From positions 32,001 to 96,000 of the forward strand of contig JAITVV010000080.1 of NCBI GenBank assembly GCA_031285625.1: a stretch of DNA of 64,000 nt. The letters are read 5' to 3'. This DNA comes from Prevotella sp. (GTDB lineage: Bacteria > Bacteroidota > Bacteroidia > Bacteroidales > Dysgonomonadaceae). The translations under genes and the position numbers were made by a program. Every line of letters starts with the position of its first letter. Position 1 is the stretch's first letter. Shown here one piece after another: positions 60,099 to 64,000 of this stretch. The notes below the pieces were generated by a model, which was not told the origin of the DNA, did not search any database, and saw nothing but the letters and a program-made list of their open reading frames with translations.

Positions 60099-61013
60099 TC
60101 ACTCTCTTATCAATGGCAGAGTAGAACATCTGAGTAATCCCCCCATCTTTGATATTTCGTAATATGGGACTGTTTCTACGGTCAACCCCCATTGATCAGC
60201 CATATGGCGATTGAGTCTCTTAAAGTTCTGCTCACTTACCACTACCGAAGGAGATATAGAAAAGACATTGGTATTCATATAGTACATTTCTTCTTGTGTA
60301 ATATCAAAAATATTTTCCTTTCCGAAAAAGTCTACTACAAAATTATAATCTTCTTCATGCTTGAATCCTCTCTTGTAAATGATGGCTTTTCCTTTACCGA
60401 CAGGCATGAAAGTACAGTCGAGATGCAGAATCCCTTTGCGTGGATCTGTATCACTCTTTTCCAGTTCCAGTGGAACAAATACTTTATTAGGGAATAACTC
60501 CTTTAGAAATGCAAAAGCATAGGCATTTGTACGTGCTGTTTTGAATTCAGGATAGTCTCTTTCTGTATACGTCCCTACAAAAACAGTGTCTCCGTATAGC
60601 ACTACATCACCACCTTCTACATGGGCCTTTTCGGGCAGATTGTATATCTTGTTGAATGCAATCTCGCTATATATAGGGGCATACGCCTCTTGCTCGTCAG
60701 CCCGGTCAGGGATAATGTTGGATGTGATTATCATATCATCTATAACAAATGCTACATCACGGGCATATACCTGATTGCAATTGGGTAATATAAGCGGGCG
60801 GAGTACTTCTACTCCGTATTTAACAAGAACTTGTTCAAAAGCTGTCATTTCAGCAGCTATGTCTTCTTCTTTCGGATAGGTTCCGTTTTGTATGGTCTCG
60901 TATGATTTCGCATCATATGACTCATCTAGGGTGGGCACTTTGCCTAAAGAATAAGGCTGCCCTAAGACTACAGTTCTGAGCGTTGAAGTCTCGTTTTGGA
61001 TATTCAGTATCAT
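60099..61013 (-). CDS. Amidinotransferase/pentein-family enzyme (arginine deiminase or DDAH-like)
   Basis: YARD, EGGD, LHLDC and GGLLRCSTLP (catalytic Cys). Confidence 0.88.
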   Translation of the reverse strand: MILNIQNETSTLRTVVLGQPYSLGKVPTLDESYDAKSYETIQNGTYPKEEDIAAEMTAFEQVLVKYGVEVLRPLILPNCNQVYARDVAFVIDDMIITSNIIPDRADEQEAYAPIYSEIAFNKIYNLPEKAHVEGGDVVLYGDTVFVGTYTERDYPEFKTARTNAYAFAFLKELFPNKVFVPLELEKSDTDPRKGILHLDCTFMPVGKGKAIIYKRGFKHEEDYNFVVDFFGKENIFDITQEEMYYMNTNVFSISPSVVVSEQNFKRLNRHMADQWGLTVETVPYYEISKMGGLLRCSTLPLIRE

Positions 61014-61077
61014 AATCTTCTTATTTGATACAAATATACAGTTTTCAAACGGTAATGAAAAAACAATAGGGTGATAC

Positions 61078-61656
61078 TTATTTCAATATAACAGTTACCC
61101 CTTTAGCACCGTGGGCTCCTACAACGAGAGCCTGCTCAATATCAGCTGTTTTAGAGGGACCGGAAATAAATACTCCAAAACCGTAATCATTAAATTTAAG
61201 CTGGTTATATGCCTCATGCATATTGTTGACTATATCATTTCTATCCAGAATGATAATAAGGTATTCTGCGATAAAGTAAATGACTTTTTCTTTCACATTC
61301 TGCGGTATCCATACACAGCCATTTTCTGCAACACCCAGTTCTCCCTCTATTATGGCCAAATCAATACCATTTAAATCATGGGGTGACTGCACATCATCCG
61401 GATTGATTGCTGTCAGGCTGATGTCAGGCAGATTGGAAGCTATTGTCTTAGCTTCCGGATATAGGGCTCTGATCAATTCATTTATATCATCTTTCCCATC
61501 ATGGATAATCGCATCTCCTCCAACCGATTTGCTGATCTCAATAAATTGTGCTGTCTTATCTGCATATTGGATTCCCTGAATATCAATATCCGGCATTTCA
61601 TATTGCGTATTGATATGGCGCCTTATATTCTCTAATATGTCTTTCTTATTACTCAT
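61078..61656 (-). CDS. lutC: Lactate utilization protein C (LUD domain)
   Basis: GVAENG.VW, FISGPSKTADIEQ.LV.GAHG. Confidence 0.9.
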   Translation of the reverse strand: MSNKKDILENIRRHINTQYEMPDIDIQGIQYADKTAQFIEISKSVGGDAIIHDGKDDINELIRALYPEAKTIASNLPDISLTAINPDDVQSPHDLNGIDLAIIEGELGVAENGCVWIPQNVKEKVIYFIAEYLIIILDRNDIVNNMHEAYNQLKFNDYGFGVFISGPSKTADIEQALVVGAHGAKGVTVILK

Positions 61657-61658
61657 AC

Positions 61659-63038
61659 TTAACTTTGTTTATTCTGTATTTTCTCCTTTTTCCACATTTC
61701 CGTGAATGTTTCTTTTGAGAATCGAGGCAATTCCCTTCCTTTTCCCCAATCGTTTAATCCATTGTATAACATAAAGCGGGGTAAATGATTTATTACAGGA
61801 GCAAATTTCAGACTAGTGTTATATAATCCCGGATGAGTAAATATAAATTTCATGCCTGTTGACATCAATTTTTTCATTTTGTCTGCCTTGTGCAACGAGT
61901 CAAGATCTTGCCGCCACCTATATATCTGATCGGCTAAATCTATCTTTACTGGGCATACATTGTTACATGAATAGCATAGTGAACAAGCTGATACATTATC
62001 GGCATATTCCTGTGGAGACTTGAGCATCCCAAGATTGATCCCTATCGGTCCGGGTATAAAGTAGGTATATGAATATCCTCCGCTTCGGCGATATACAGGG
62101 CAGGTATTCATGCAGGCTCCACAACGGATACACTTTAATGTCTGAATATGTTCTTTATTTCCCAGTATCTCGCTTCTGCCATTATCAACAAGTATAATAT
62201 GCATTTCGCAGCCTTTGCGTGGTTTACGAAAATGTGAGGTGTATGTAGTTACAGGCTGTCCTGTAGCAGAGCGTGCCAGTAGCCTGGTGTATATACTGAG
62301 TGCTTTGTGGTTGGGTATTACTTTCTCCAATCCCATGGATACAATATGTACTTTAGGGAGTGAAGTTCCCATGTCAGCGTTCCCCTCATTGGTACATACA
62401 ACGATATCGCCTGTTTCTGCTACACCGAAATTGGCTCCTGTCATAGCCGCATCAGCAGTTAAGAATTCATTTCTCAGATGTTGCCGGGCTGCACGGGTGA
62501 GATAGGTAGGGTCGCTGTTGTCTTTTTCGGTTTGAAGCTTTTCTTCGAATAATTTACCTACTTCCTGCCTCTTGAGGTGGATTGCCGGCATTACAATATG
62601 GCTTGGAGGCTCGTTCATCAACTGTAGTATTCGTTCACCCAGATCGCTTTCCACAACATCTATTCCTCTTTCTATCAGGTAAGGATTTAAATGACATTCC
62701 TCGGTGAGCATCGATTTGCTTTTCACCAGCTTTTTTGCATTACGATCAGCCAGTATTTGATACACTATTTCGTTATGTTCTTTTTCATCTTTAGCCCAAT
62801 GTATTACTACTCCGTTTGCTTCTGCATTTTGTGCAAATTGCTCCAAATACTTATCAAGATGGGTGATGGTATGCATTTTCACTTTGGCGGCGAGTTCCCG
62901 TAATTCTTCCCATTCGGGTATTAGCATAGCCATCCGGTCTCTCTTCTCCCGCACCATCCAGAGAGTCTCATTATGCCAGTTTTCCTGTTCTTTATTTCCG
63001 ATGAAGCGTTTTGCTGCTTCTGCATGTTTTGTACTCAT
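61659..63038 (-). CDS. lutB: Lactate utilization protein B (Fe-S)
   Basis: KSKSM, ESDLGE, PSHIV.PAIH, TNEGN, CIRCGACMNTCP, CSLCYSCNNVCP. Confidence 0.93.
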   Translation of the reverse strand: MSTKHAEAAKRFIGNKEQENWHNETLWMVREKRDRMAMLIPEWEELRELAAKVKMHTITHLDKYLEQFAQNAEANGVVIHWAKDEKEHNEIVYQILADRNAKKLVKSKSMLTEECHLNPYLIERGIDVVESDLGERILQLMNEPPSHIVMPAIHLKRQEVGKLFEEKLQTEKDNSDPTYLTRAARQHLRNEFLTADAAMTGANFGVAETGDIVVCTNEGNADMGTSLPKVHIVSMGLEKVIPNHKALSIYTRLLARSATGQPVTTYTSHFRKPRKGCEMHIILVDNGRSEILGNKEHIQTLKCIRCGACMNTCPVYRRSGGYSYTYFIPGPIGINLGMLKSPQEYADNVSACSLCYSCNNVCPVKIDLADQIYRWRQDLDSLHKADKMKKLMSTGMKFIFTHPGLYNTSLKFAPVINHLPRFMLYNGLNDWGKGRELPRFSKETFTEMWKKEKIQNKQS

Positions 63039-63775
63039 ATTCCTGCAGCTAAGATTTGTATTACATGAATAAACTTAACAGGTAGGTTTTCCCTGTTGAC
63101 AATTCCCTGCATATGCATCAGGCATGAGCTGTCTGCCCCGGTAATATATTCCGCTCCGGTAGCAATATGATTATTCACCTTATCCTGTCCCATACAAACC
63201 GATACTTCAGGCTCCTCAATGGAAAACATACCTCCGAAGCCACAGCACTCATCAACTTTCTTAGGTTCCAGTACTTCTATACCTTCCACTAAAGACAGTA
63301 AGTCTTTAATTTTAGAATAGCGGGGGATATTCAGTTCGCTGGCTGATGACAGATGTAATTCTCGAACACCATGACAGCTATTATGAATACTGACTTTATG
63401 ATGAAATTTCCCCGGCAGCTTATCCACCTTCAGTATATCATGTATGAATTCGCATAAATCATATATTTTCTCACTGGCCTGGCATAAGTGTCCATCCTTT
63501 TTCATCAGGCGGGGATAATTTTCCTTTACAAATACTGCACAACTGGCCGAAGGAGCAACTATATACTCATACTGCCCAAATAATTTCTCGAATTGCTTTG
63601 CCAAAGGAATTGCCTTTTCTTCAAAACCTGCATTGGCCATCGGTTGACCACAACAAGTCTGCCCCAGAGGATAATCGACTTCTACACCCAGATAATTTAG
63701 TAATTTGTATGAAGCAATTCCAACTTCAGGATAGATTGTATTTACATAACAAGGAATAAATAATCCGACTTTCAT
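63035..63775 (-). CDS. lutA: Lactate utilization protein A (CCG domains)
   Basis: QTCCGQP, S.SC, H.SCH, ECCGFGG.F, SCLMH; start at MKVGLF. Confidence 0.92.
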   Translation of the reverse strand: MKVGLFIPCYVNTIYPEVGIASYKLLNYLGVEVDYPLGQTCCGQPMANAGFEEKAIPLAKQFEKLFGQYEYIVAPSASCAVFVKENYPRLMKKDGHLCQASEKIYDLCEFIHDILKVDKLPGKFHHKVSIHNSCHGVRELHLSSASELNIPRYSKIKDLLSLVEGIEVLEPKKVDECCGFGGMFSIEEPEVSVCMGQDKVNNHIATGAEYITGADSSCLMHMQGIVNRENLPVKFIHVIQILAAGI

Positions 63776-63792
63776 ATTGATAAAGTTAAGTA

Positions 63793-63824
63793 AAAAACTC
63801 AAAGCTAATTTGCTTTGAGTTTTT
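63793..63824 (-). terminator. Hairpin between aldA and lutA
   Basis: aaaaactcaaagc-taattt-gctttgagttttt. Confidence 0.75.
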
Positions 63825-63837
63825 AATCTTATTTTAA

Positions 63838-64000
63838 TTAGCCTTTTGTTTCCAGATATACGACATGTGTTTGGAGATATTCTTCAAGTCCGTGTTTTCC
63901 ATCTGCACCACCAATACCCGATTTACGCCATCCGGCATGGAATCCCTGCATAGCCTCAAAGTTTTCCCGGTTGATGTAGGTTTCGCCAAATTTGAGAGCT
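63838..64000 (-). CDS. aldA: Lactaldehyde/aldehyde dehydrogenase, C-terminal fragment (not in the ORF track)
   Basis: Manual translation gives ALKFGETYINRENFEAMQGFHAGWRKSGIGGADGKHGLEEYLQTHVVYLETKG*, very close to the AldA C-terminus as recalled. Confidence 0.9.
   Translation of the reverse strand, partial: ALKFGETYINRENFEAMQGFHAGWRKSGIGGADGKHGLEEYLQTHVVYLETKG

Overview
AT-rich chromosomal segment of a Bacteroidales bacterium. Gene content, TAnnTTTG promoters and protein style suggest a Dysgonomonas-like organism (inference). It is mostly housekeeping: rfbB (3' part), murB-murA, pncB, DUF1015 divergent from serC-serA, a MarR-TolC-EmrA-MFS efflux operon, a Dna2-like nuclease-helicase, a TPP-riboswitch-controlled TonB receptor plus PnuC/PnuT, a 10-gene surface-glycan locus with GDP-heptose and MBOAT/SGNH O-acylation genes, sdhCAB, panE, miaA, DUF763, recA, bcp, LOG, lutABC and the 3' end of aldA. 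No rRNA, tRNA, CRISPR array, transposase or integrase was seen. The most unusual signals are: (1) a type IX secretion operon reduced to porP-porK-porN with no room for the PorL/PorM motor, near porE and a DUF4835 gene; (2) a family of ~50-140 bp non-coding elements built from GT(T/C)AC motifs, in four copies, with copies in the same orientation upstream of porP and of porE and two copies flanking a REP-like palindrome; (3) a candidate ~75-nt sRNA or attenuator; (4) an unassigned putative heptosyltransferase in a heptose cluster lacking gmhA. All calls are by eye from motifs; no database search was run.
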